Of a stretch of 64,000 nucleotides of DNA, positions 28,038 through 39,692 are shown in pieces. How positions within the stretch are numbered: position 1 is the stretch's first letter; each line of letters opens with the position of its first letter. The stretch covers positions 25,730,001-25,794,000 of the forward strand of contig OX597825.1 of the NCBI GenBank assembly GCA_951406725.2, given 5' to 3'. The DNA comes from Octopus vulgaris. Its lineage: Eukaryota. The position numbers and the translations under genes were made by a program. The notes beneath the pieces are model-generated. The model was not told the DNA's origin, made no database searches, and saw nothing but the letters and a program-made list of their open reading frames with translations.

Positions 28038-28762
28038 TACGAGGGAGAGTCAAAAATTATACACACTCTTGTTTTTTCAATGTATTTACACAAAAGCAGG
28101 GGATAAACAAGTTCGTCATTTTTCTATATAGTCACCTTCATTTTCGATGCATTTGGTCCAGCAGTCCACAAGCTAGCATATTCCCCCAAAGAAGAAGGTT
28201 TTGGGTTGGTCGTGCAACCATTTATGCACCGCCGCTTCCTTCATATCTTCATCCGTAGTAAATCGACGATCACATAAACAATCTTTGAGCGGTCCAAAGA
28301 TATGATAGTGGGAAGTGGAGAGATCAGAGCTGTAGGCAGGGTGTTTGTTCCAGCACCTCAAAACTCAAGTGGTTAATGGTTTCAACGATTTGGCTGGATG
28401 TGTGTGGGCGTGCATTGTTATGCAGCAACAAAAGTTTCTTCGACAATAGTGTTGGGCGTTTGGTGCGAATTGCTGGCTTCAGTTTATTGGCTAACAATGT
28501 ACTGTATCTTGTATTATTGTTCGTATACCCTTTTTCCAGAGAAATCGGATCACTGCTTTTTGTTCTACCTTGGCGTACATTGGTAGTGGAGCGGTCATGC
28601 TTACACTGTAAAACCAGAAAGAAAAATGGCGTGATCAGGCTCAAACTTCGATCCCGTGACCGGAATAGTACAAACTATAAGCACGCATGCGCAGAAGGCA
28701 GTGTGGGAATAATAAAGATATGTTATGGCGAAAGTACGGATAATTTTTGACTTTCCTTCGCA
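28038..28762 (-). mobile_element. Mariner element, internal-deletion derivative with both TIRs
   Basis: TIRs TACGAGGGAGAGTCAAAAATTAT / ATAATTTTTGACTTTCCTTCGCA; LLLHNNARPHTS and HPAYSSDLSTSHYHIFGPLK...RRFTTDEDMKEAAVHKWL (cf. HDNARPH and YSPDLAPSDYHLF), frameshifted. Confidence 0.9.
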
Positions 28763-29128
28763 TGTATATCAGTAGATGCTTAGGTTTAATCTTACATAGA
28801 TGTGTAAATGCAATCCTCTAAAACATTTCTCATCAATAAGAGCTTGTTTAAGTCCTTGGGCATATGAAAAAGCTGCTTTTACATAAAGAAATACTGAAGG
28901 ATTAAACAAGTACGGAAACAGAAGTTATAGTTGACACATGGATTACCATGGATTACGACATCATACGAAATGACACAATTGGAAACAGGGATTAGATGTT
29001 CCAGGTACTGGAATTTCCATGTGAAAGTGCAGTGACTACTTCAACCGAATATAGACCTACAAAATGTATATATAAAGACAAAATCCTTCAATTTATTAAT
29101 ACATGAATACACTGAATTGCTACTGTGA

Positions 29129-29222
29129 TGACTTTTCACATTTCCTGACTTTTCACATTTCAGTATTAATGACTTTTCACAGTTTTCAAATATTCTGACT
29201 TTTCACATTTCAGTATTAATGA
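29129..29222. repeat. Short minisatellite, 4 x TGACTTTTCACA
   Basis: Copies at 29129, 29146, 29170 and 29196. Confidence 0.85.
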
Positions 29223-30171
29223 ATTGTGTCGGACAGCTACGTTCATTGCTAAGAAATATGCAATGCTACTTAGTGAAACTAAATACCAAAAGGCATAATT
29301 ACTAACATTGTCAATAGTTTAGTCGAATCTGGTCTCTGAAAAAACTACTAAAATCCTGATCCATGATCATACATATGTACATACATATGTGCACACACAT
29401 ACATATACACATACATACATACATACATACATACATACATACATACATACACACACACATATATATATACACATATATACATACATACATATGTACACAT
29501 ATATACATGCATGCATACATACGTGCGTACAGGTACATATAAGCTTAGATTTATTAGTGATTACTGAATGGTTATAAATTTTCTCCAATAATTCTGTTCT
29601 TGTAGTATCATGATATAACCTGATCACAGTTTTTAAACGATTTCAATTAGATACAAAACATTAGATATAAAAACCAATGCATGGCTATGTTTGAAAACTT
29701 CGGAGTTACAATAACATTACTTTGCAGAGCAAACCATTTTGGATAAACAACCACTGTATTAACTATCACATTTGAGGGTACACATTTTAGTTAAAGTAAC
29801 ATGAACTTCAAATGACCACAAGATACTAATGCACAAAGGGAAACAGGCAGTAAAATAAAGCATATACTTATGACAACTGAGGCAGTCTCTGTGTATTTAA
29901 TACTGAAAAATATAATCCACATCATCAACAATTGTTCGTAAATATCACATTATGTACAGGTGAATTATAATCATGCCACTAAAACATGCCTTAAATGGAT
30001 AATCGTGATGATTACCATAAAAGAATTTTCTGTAACATGCATGGCATAATCTGAGAGTATGGAGCCCTTTATATCTCTGTTAGAAACAAGCTCTTTCCTT
30101 ACAAGAAGCCTTCATATAATTTAAACCACAAGAGAAGATACAAGTTCGCATATACACGCATATATATATAA

Positions 30172-30210
<39 letters not shown>

Positions 30211-30264
30211 CCTACCTACCAACCTTCATACATACATAATACATACATACACACACTCACACAC

Positions 30265-30331
<67 letters not shown>

Positions 30332-31041
30332 TATATGAAATAAACTTCAAATGGATAGGTGTTGGTCTGCCTAAGGGAGACTTGTATCATTAAGCAAAAT
30401 CTATCAAATGAGTACAGTGAAATTGCTGTGTGATATAGAAATCCAATATCCTGCACAGTATACATATCCACATGCACACATGCTTAAATACATAGAAATA
30501 CGATAGGTGACTCTCTTGTCGATTTCTACCTATGAGTCCATTTAGATAAGTATCTATCTAACTAACTAACTAACTAACTAACTAAATAAATAAATAACTA
30601 TCTATCTATGTTTCTACAGACACCCACACACACACACGCACACACACATTTATATATAGACACATACTGATAGAGCTATAAATGATATATAGATATTATT
30701 TATTGATTACTCATAAGTGGTACTTAAAATATCGCCGACCTAACTCAGTACCCTGCTACGAAGTGAACTGCGAACGTGTTGGTCGCTTATCCACCAACCT
30801 ATAAATTCAACCATGTCCGACAATATCTATTCTAGAAAAATATGAAAATCCACTTCGACTGTGTACTTTATACTGTAGTATTAGTATAATTAGTATTAGT
30901 ATGATTAGTATTATTATTTCTATTGTCGATTTAACTGGAAATGTCATGTCACGGAATGAACAAGGTCATTCCGGTGAAATATTACGGAGGTCAATCTGTG
31001 CAATATTCGCACTTCTAGTTCCATTCCATACCACTAAGAGG

Positions 31042-31738
31042 GACTCAGTCAGTTACTTCGACGGGTTTTCCAGTCGAACCAATTAACGGAACAGCCTGCT
31101 CGTGAAATTAACGTGCATGTGGCTGAGCATTCTACAGACAAGCGTACCTTAGTTCAAAGGGGTGAGGGCGCAATGGCCCAGTGCTTAGGGCAGCGGAGTC
31201 GTGGTCGTAGAATCGCGGTTTCGACCGGGTGTTATGAGTGTTCATTGAGTGAAAACATCTAAAGCTCCACGAACTTTCGGCAGGGGTGTGTGGCGAGCCC
31301 TGCTGTACTCTTTCACCACAACTTTCTCTCACTCTTTCTTCCTGTTTCTGTTGTACCTGTATTTTAAAGGGCCAGCCTCATCACACTCTGTGTCACACTG
31401 AATCTCCCCGAGAACTACATTAAGGGTACACGTGTCTGTGGAGAGCTCAGCCACTTACATGTTAATTTCACGAGCAGGCTGTTCCGTTAATCGGATCAAC
31501 TGAAACCTTCGTCGTCGTAACAGACGGAGTGTGACGAATTCTCAGAGAGATTCAGCTTGACAAAGAATGGAGCATGTGTGACCCTTTGAATTACAGGTAT
31601 TATTTAGTTTGGTAAGCGGAGTGAACTACAGTAATGTAAAATAAAGTGCCTTGTTCAAGGATAAAACGCGCCACCGGGAATCGAACTCATGGCCTTACGG
31701 TGGTAAGCGGAATGACCTAACCACTATGCCATGCGCCT
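31042..31738 (-). mobile_element. SINE family D, split by an antisense family C insertion
   Basis: Tail at 31042-31155; remainder and tRNA head at 31535-31738; matches 59927-60194. Confidence 0.8.
31163..31531 (+). mobile_element. tRNA-derived SINE family C
   Basis: GGCGCAATGGCCCAGTG.TTAGGGCAGCGGA.TCG.GGTC... head; close match to 36808-37195; shares its tail with family D. Confidence 0.9.
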
Positions 31739-32319
31739 TTTCTGCTCTATGTAGCGAGTGATTGTGTGGAGTTCTTCTAACCATTCAACTAGCTGCCATT
31801 TTGTATGGAAATAACACATCCATAATTCAATATCTTCAACAGCTAGCCGACTAATCTGACAAAAACTTGTTCACGGTTGGATAATAGTGATAAGTGATAA
31901 TTTCACAATAACAAAACAAAAACAAATCATGAATATAATCAGAAATGAAAATTAACTGTGTTTTTTCCGCCATGTTTTAGCTGAAATGAAATGACCCTCA
32001 AACAGTAAAAGAAACAAATAAGCATTAAATAAAACACAAGACAAAAGAAAACAAAATAAAAATCAAAAACAGAAAATAACAAAAAATGTGCACAAACAGA
32101 AAGCAAATATATTAAACACCGTCAGATTTAATTTTCATGAAAATAACACAATATAGGACACCGAGACACATGCTTCATAACTCATATATGGAATACATTT
32201 CTGACATGCGAAGAAATTTATGATTTAAACTTTTTGACCTTTTATAATGTAGCAGAATTCGTTCTTATTAATAACTAGAACAACAACGACAAGACTAAAC
32301 GGGATGAAGAGGGTAATAA

Positions 32320-33114
32320 TAATAATAATACTAATAAGGATATGATGATGATGATGATGATGATGATGATGGTGGGGATGAGAATAAAGAAGAACCAGTA
32401 GACAAAGGATAATAACAATACGAAATAATGTCTTCAAAATCCTCGTGGTCATCATCGCTGTCGGCATCATATTCGTCGTTGTCGTCGTCGACACCCTCCA
32501 ATTCTTTCCCCTTCCACGACTTCCTCCTCCTCTTCTTCCTCCTCCCCCTCCTCCTCCTCCTCCTCCTCCTCTCCACCTCCCCTTCTTCCTCCTCCTCCTC
32601 CTACTCTTCTTCCTTCTCACCCTCCTGCTTCTTTCCCCTCCTCCTCTTCTTCCCCCTCACCTCCTCTTATCCCCCCTCACCTCCTCTTATTCCCCTCACC
32701 TCTTCTTATTACCTCTCCTCCTCCTCCTCATTTTCCTCTTCCTCTTCATTTTCCTCTTCTTCCTCCTCATTTTCCTCTTCTTCCTCCTAACCCCCTCTTC
32801 TTATTCCTCCTCCTCCTCCTCCTCCTCCTCCTCTTCTTCTTCTTCCGACTCATCCTCCCCTCCTCCGCCTTCCATCCTCCTTTTCACTCTCCCCTTCCCC
32901 CTAATCCTCCTCCCCGCCCGCCTCCTCCTCATTTTGAGCCTCCTGCTTCTCCTCAAAACGGTTTCTATTTGCAAATTATTGGTTTCTATTGTAATGACAA
33001 TGCTGAAGATAATGATAATGATGATGATGATGATGAAAACGGTGATGATAAATATTAAGAACAGTCACAATATCAACAACAACAACAAAAACAACAATAA
33101 CAACAACAGCTACA

Positions 33115-33168
<54 letters not shown>

Positions 33169-33205
33169 AGCAACAACAACAACAACAATACAGCAATAAT
33201 AATAA
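32320..33205. repeat. Trinucleotide-rich block with a ~430-bp (CCT)/(CTT) polypyrimidine tract
   Basis: Near-pure pyrimidine at ~32500-32930, flanked by (ATG)n, (AAC)n and (AAT)n. Confidence 0.9.
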
Positions 33206-34404
33206 AGCAGTATTTGTGTCTGTTGTTCGATCTGAAGAACGTGTATTGTCATATCCAGTCACTCGGTTCATTTAACCAAACAAAATTTGAAGACACACAC
33301 TCAAGCATACAAGCACAGACACTGACATACACCCACAGACACACAAGCATGCACACATCCACAGACACATACACAGAAATGCACATCCGCACATAGACAT
33401 ATACAAGCATCTAGACACACGAACACATATATACACATACACGCAAAAACACTCAACATTACATAGAATTAACCGTTATATAGACACACATACGCAGACA
33501 GTGATATATAACGACAAACACAAATATATATCCCAGACTATACAATACGCTGTTGTTAATAGTTCTAATTAGTTACTTAATATCGGCTAGCACCAGAATA
33601 GATTTGACCAATGATTTATTGTTGAATCTGCAACCAATACCAAGAGGAAAAAAAAAAACAATAACAAAACAAACAAAAACAAAAAAATAACAAGAAAAGA
33701 TGCACACATCCCCCTCAAAAAAAAAAAAAAAACTAGGAAAAATAAAATCAATCTAATGTTATCCGCCAACTAACTCTATCAACCAAACAGATAAATAATG
33801 AAATATTGAGTAAAAATGATATTAATATGATTAACGGAAATATGAGAAAACAATTTTTTTTTCCCGTTGAGAAAGGATGGCGAATTAAATGGAGACAAAA
33901 TGGTAGCATTCGTGGAAACCGATACAAAATGGGACTAATAATTCACAATTTATTTTTGTTCAATTTAAAAGAACAAGAAAAATAAACAAACAGCACAGAG
34001 ACAAAATAACAATTGAGGAGACATCGAGTAGCAACCTGGGTATTAGGGAGAAAAATGTGATACAAATTTAAACGGAATCGGCTTTAAATGAACTCTTCCT
34101 GTTGATAAGAGTGTAGGTGTTGCCTTTGGAAACATTTGTTTCTTCGTATGTATATAACGTTATATACATACATACATATATACATATGTGTGCATGTGTG
34201 TGTATGATAAAGTGGGAGACTGTGTATGTTTATAGGCATGAATGAGTGGCTAAGAAGCTCGCTTTCTGAGGACGTGGCTTGGGTTCAATACTGCTAACTG
34301 GCGGCAATAGACAAAGGCTTTCTACTTTAGCTCCGAAACGACTAATATTCTGCAATTTGCAAAGGAGTGTCGATGGTGTATGTGTGAGTGTGTGTATGTA
34401 TATC

Positions 34405-34444
<40 letters not shown>

Positions 34445-34743
34445 TGTATGTATGTATGTATGTATGTATGTATGTATGTATGTATGTATGTGTGTGTGTC
34501 ATTATACAGTATATTTCAAAATGTCTTGCCAATACAGAAAGAAGCTCTTTCTAACCAAGATCCAAGGTTCCTGGAAATTCAACATCCACAACAGAGTATT
34601 TTCGTATGTATGCATATATGTGCGGATGTGTATGATTTATCTATGTATTCTCATGCATATAGTTGCATACATAGATATGCTCATATATATCTATCTCTAT
34701 ATATATATGTATATATGAATATATATATCTATGTATATATAAC

Positions 34744-34780
<37 letters not shown>

Positions 34781-34823
34781 GTATACATGTATATATATAT
34801 ATATATGTATATATACGTATACG

Positions 34824-34866
<43 letters not shown>

Positions 34867-34920
34867 GTTAATATATATGTATATAAAAGTTAATATATAT
34901 ATATATATGTATATATATAA

Positions 34921-35302
34921 TGGCTGTGGCTGTGTGGTTAGTAGCTTGCTTACCAACCACATGGTTCAGGGTTCAGTCCCATTGTGTGGCACCTTGGGCA
35001 AATGTCTTCTACTATAGTATCTGGCCGACCAAATTCTTGTGAGTGGATTTGGTAAACGGAAACTGAAAGTAGCCCGTCGTATTTATGTATATATGTGTGT
35101 GTGTTTGTGTGTCTGTCTCCCCACAATCGCTTTACAACCGATGCTGCTGTGTTTACGTCCCCTTATCATAGAGGTTCGGCAAAAAGACCGATAGAATAAG
35201 TACTAGGCTTACAAAGAATATGATCTGGGTCTATTGATTCGACTAAAATGGCGGTGGCCCAGCATGGCCGCAGTCAATTGACTGAAAGAAAAGAATAAAA
35301 GA
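34921..35302 (+). mobile_element. SINE family A
   Basis: Near full-length family A match. Confidence 0.88.
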
Positions 35303-35308
35303 ATATGC

Positions 35309-35357
<49 letters not shown>

Positions 35358-35377
35358 TGTATGTATTCATGTATATT

Positions 35378-35772
35378 CGTATGACGGCTACGTTGGCAAA
35401 TAAACTTTACTGTTCAGTATTGACATTAGTTATATCGCACTCACATTTGGAGATTGTATAACTAGCTGTTTTGCTTCATACGAAATCAATGACTGTCTGT
35501 CACTTCTCTGTTTAGGTATTGTGAGTAAGGTCGAGTGACTACCATCTCTAGCCGGCAGTTATCCAGTACCGAGGGTGAGAATTAATCCAGAAACCATTGG
35601 TCTGCTGGTACTGCTAATAGCTAGAGGGGAGTAATACACTCCCTTGCTCCAGAGTATATTCCAGACACAGATCGTGTATCGATAACCAACCGGAAAAGCT
35701 GATTTCCTGGGGTTAAAAAGTAGTAACATACTTCTACGTAGGACGCCCACCGTACGCTGGCAAATAAACTTT
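35378..35772. mobile_element. Unclassified (TA)n-flanked element with a 20-bp terminal direct repeat (period 364)
   Basis: TACGTTGGCAAATAAACTTT 35389-35408 vs TACGCTGGCAAATAAACTTT 35753-35772. Confidence 0.45.
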
Positions 35773-35776
35773 TATA

Positions 35777-35829
<53 letters not shown>

Positions 35830-35957
35830 TATATATGTATATATATATATATATGTATATATAATTATATCTATATATATGAATGTGTATACATATATAT
35901 ATATATGTATATATATATATATCTATATATATGTATGTATATATATATGTATGTGTG

Positions 35958-35988
<31 letters not shown>

Positions 35989-36021
35989 TTGTGTGTGTGT
36001 ATGTGTGTATATATATATATA

Positions 36022-36083
<62 letters not shown>

Positions 36084-36599
36084 CACATTTAATATCTTCC
36101 ATTTACCGTCTTAACGCAGACAGGTAGTAAAACTCCGGTAATGGAAGGTAAATAGATATCATATAGCACAGTTTTATTAAACCACATTTCAAATTATTAA
36201 ATTATGTATTTTTTCTATACTCTATATTACATACTTTATTAAATTATGGTATTTCATATTATAGTTAATTAGCTTATAATATATTAATGTATCTAAATTT
36301 GGACGTAAAATTATATGGACGATTTTAACGGGTGATGACAATCCATTCATAAAAAACACACACACTGCATACAAACTCATACACAAGTAACACTGTATAG
36401 AAGCACGCACAAACATTGTATACCCCCACACATCTATCTATATATATCTATCCATATACACAAGTGGCTGTGTGGTAAGAAGCTTGCTTCCCAACCACAT
36501 TGCCCCGAGTTCAGTCTCACTGTGTAGGAGTCGTGAATGTCTGCTGTTTTCTACAAGGTATAAGTTCTTGGTTGTATCAGAAAAAAGTGTCGTTTTTTA

Positions 36600-39410
36600 T
36601 TCACAGCTCCTACTCAACAGCATCATTAATAATTACACCAAAGCTTAGCCACAAATGTATAACGAAATTAAATTAGATAAAATAATAGAGGTTCTTCCAA
36701 TAAAAAGACACCTTTATAAGTATTAAAGAACATAAAAATAACTTCCTGTCTAATCCTAAATGTAGACTTATTAACCCAGCTAAATCAGAAATCTGTAGTA
36801 TTAGTTAGTGGAGGCGCAATGGCCCAGTGGTTAGGGCAGCGGACTCGCGGTCATAGGATCGCGGTTTCGATTCCCATACCGGGCGTTGTGAGTGTTTATT
36901 GAGCGAAAACACCTAAAGCTCCACGATGCTCCGGCAGGGGATGGTGGTGATCCCTGCTGTACTCTTTCACCACAACTTTCTCTCATTCTTACTTCCTGTT
37001 TCTGTTGTACCTGTATTTCAAAGGGCCGGCCTTGTCACTCTCTGTGTCACGCTGAATATCCCCGAGAACTACGTTAAGGGTACACGTGTCTGTGGAGTGC
37101 TCAGTCACTTACACGTTAATTTCACGGGCAGGCTGTTCTGTTGATTCGGATCAACCGGAACCCTTGTCGTCGTAACCGACGGAGTGCATCCATTAAGTAT
37201 TAGTTAAGAAACTTTAGGAAAAATCAATGCGAAAGTCAGAAATGCTACTAGGTTAGTAAAATGCTCCAATAGTATAGAAATCGTTGATTGGTTTAAATCC
37301 ATTAGGAATAAGAATAAATTGAGATATACACAATTCGATATTGTCGATTTCTATGCCTCTATCGCTAAGGAACTGCTAGATAAAGCGCTCACCTTCGCAA
37401 GCGAATTTATAGAAGTTTGTACACAAGATAAGGACATAGTCTTCCATGCTAGAAAGACGTTACTCTTCAGCGAGAACACAGAGTGGGTCAAGACTATCGA
37501 TGATACAGAGGGTGCTTTCGATGTGAGCATGGGGTCATATGATGGAGCAGGCATATGCGATCTCATTGGAGTATTCTTACTCGATGCGTTGGGCAATACT
37601 TTTCCTGACGTATATTTCGCCATTTACAAAGATGATACCCTGCCCTAGCTTTAACCACAAATACCAATGGACCAGCACAAGATCGGTGAAAATGATGAAA
37701 ACGTTTGGTTTTAGCATAATTACAGATACCAACCTGACGGTTGTCAATTTCTTGGATGTATCCTCAGATTTAAACAATAATATTTACAAGCCTTATAGGG
37801 ATTCCAACGATAGAATTAGTTATATAGGTTCCTCTCATCTCCCTATAGTGTTTAAAAATTTATTTAAAGACATTATCAAAAGAATTTCTTGCCTCCCCTC
37901 CGATAGGGACATTTTTAATAGTGTTGCCTCAGTATATAATAATTCTCTAAAAGATAGTGGATTTAGCGAGGAAATAACCTATACATATGTTACCAGTTCA
38001 ATAATAAAGAAAAAGAAACACAGGAATAGGAAAACTATCTGGTTCACAGCCCCTTATTCCACCGAAGTTACCTTTAATATAGGTTAAATATTTCTTAGCA
38101 CTTATAGATAGACATTTTCCAATTAATCATAGTTACAGAAAGCTCTTCAATAGACATAACTTAAAAATCAGTTTTAGGTCAACTACTAATTTTAAAAATA
38201 TAATCGCACACAATACACAAAAACAACAGAATGAAACCAGGTGTTCATGCAAGGATAAAAAATTGAGCCCGCTAAATAGAGCTTGCATGAGCGAGACCAT
38301 CATTTATGAAGCCACCGTAGACTCAACAACCACTAAGGACATAGTTTCGTCAAGGTAATATGTGGGTCTCTCAGAGGGGAACTTTAAAGCCAGGTTCAGC
38401 AATCACTCCTTGAGCTTCAGACACTGGGATAAAAGAAAAACAATCAAATTATCCAGTGATATATAGTGCTTAAAAGAAAAAGGTGTTAATTACAACATCC
38501 ATTGGGAGATCTTAGCCAAGTGTAAGCCTTACACCGACGGCATTGGAAAGTGCAGTCTTTGTGAAATGGAAAGATGGCTCATCTGGAAAAGCAGCTTAGA
38601 CCCCGCTACATGTCTAAATTCAAGAACTGAACTTTTTGGGTCATGTCCGCATATTGCTAAATATTTGTTACGTTTTTGATTCCCCCAAAGACCACAGATA
38701 GAACCTGAATTTTATTTTGTGTCCACTTACAAGCATTTTATCTTTATATATTTTGTATATATACTTTTTACATATTTTTATATCTATTTTTACATATTTT
38801 TTCTGTATATTACATTTCACCCTGCATTTTTCTTGTGCATGTGCATATATAGATGTGTATATGAACATATTTGTGCGCACATGGGCATAAATACGTGTGT
38901 GTGTGTATGTGCGTTTGTGCGAGTATGTATATGTTTACATGTGTATGGTTGCGTATATATGTGGATGTACATGCATGTGTTTCACGCGAGTGTGAGTGAG
39001 CATATGCATACATAGCATGTGCATTTTCTCCTAACGCGAGAAAATTCATTCTTGCCTGTGGAACCTACCATGTTTATAGAAACACGAGTTTCTGCCGCTC
39101 TAGGTCTCTGGATAAGCCGCCATTGTCCAGACACCAGCCAGGTTCACAGCCTTCTTCAACCAATCGTCGCCCGTTTACTTCCTTGCAGCAACAGACTGCC
39201 GACCACAGCCACGCCATCAGATCCAGCAGAAGTGAAGTCATTTGAATCTTTGTTGCTGACTGTAGTATGAACATCATTCCTTTTGGCAATCTTCTATTAT
39301 AAATATTATTATATTATAAATTAATATAAGAGGAATAAATCGTCGCTTTTTCAACATTCAAATCTTATTGTTCTTTTTTCAACACCATGTCATTATAATT
39401 AGTGACCTAC
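36600..39410 (+). mobile_element. Penelope-like retroelement (Naiad-type RT plus C-terminal GIY-YIG), pseudogenised
   Basis: KEHKNNFLSNPKCRLINPAKSEI; QFDIVDFYASI; FDVSMGSYDGAGICDLIG; IYKDD; VNFLDV; IWFTAPYS; GIY-YIG region IIYEA...YVGLSEGNFKARFSNH...CSLCEME...LNSRTELFGSCPH; many stops/frameshifts; coding ends ~38680; 3' boundary approximate. Confidence 0.88.
36808..37195 (+). mobile_element. SINE family C inserted in the Penelope RT, with 11-bp TSD
   Basis: TSD AGTATTAGTTA at 36797-36807 and 37196-37206. Confidence 0.92.
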
Positions 39411-39602
39411 GAACTCTTATATATATATATATAAAATATACAAAATGGGACAAGAATGCAAAACATCCGGACAGTTAGGTGATATAAAAATGGAACAACA
39501 AAACATCCAGATAGACGATACAAAGGAGTCAAAGACGGGTCATTCGAAGTTTTCTTTCCTCAGTCAAGTACCAGGTTATCTTCGCAATTTCGGCTGATTA
39601 TT

Positions 39603-39646
<44 letters not shown>

Positions 39647-39656
39647 CATACATACA

Positions 39657-39692
<36 letters not shown>

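Noticed and set aside
32225-33119. Poly-Pro/Gly/Ser/Leu ORFs up to 224 aa
   Set aside because: Open only because CCT/CTT repeats lack stop codons; no splice or domain evidence
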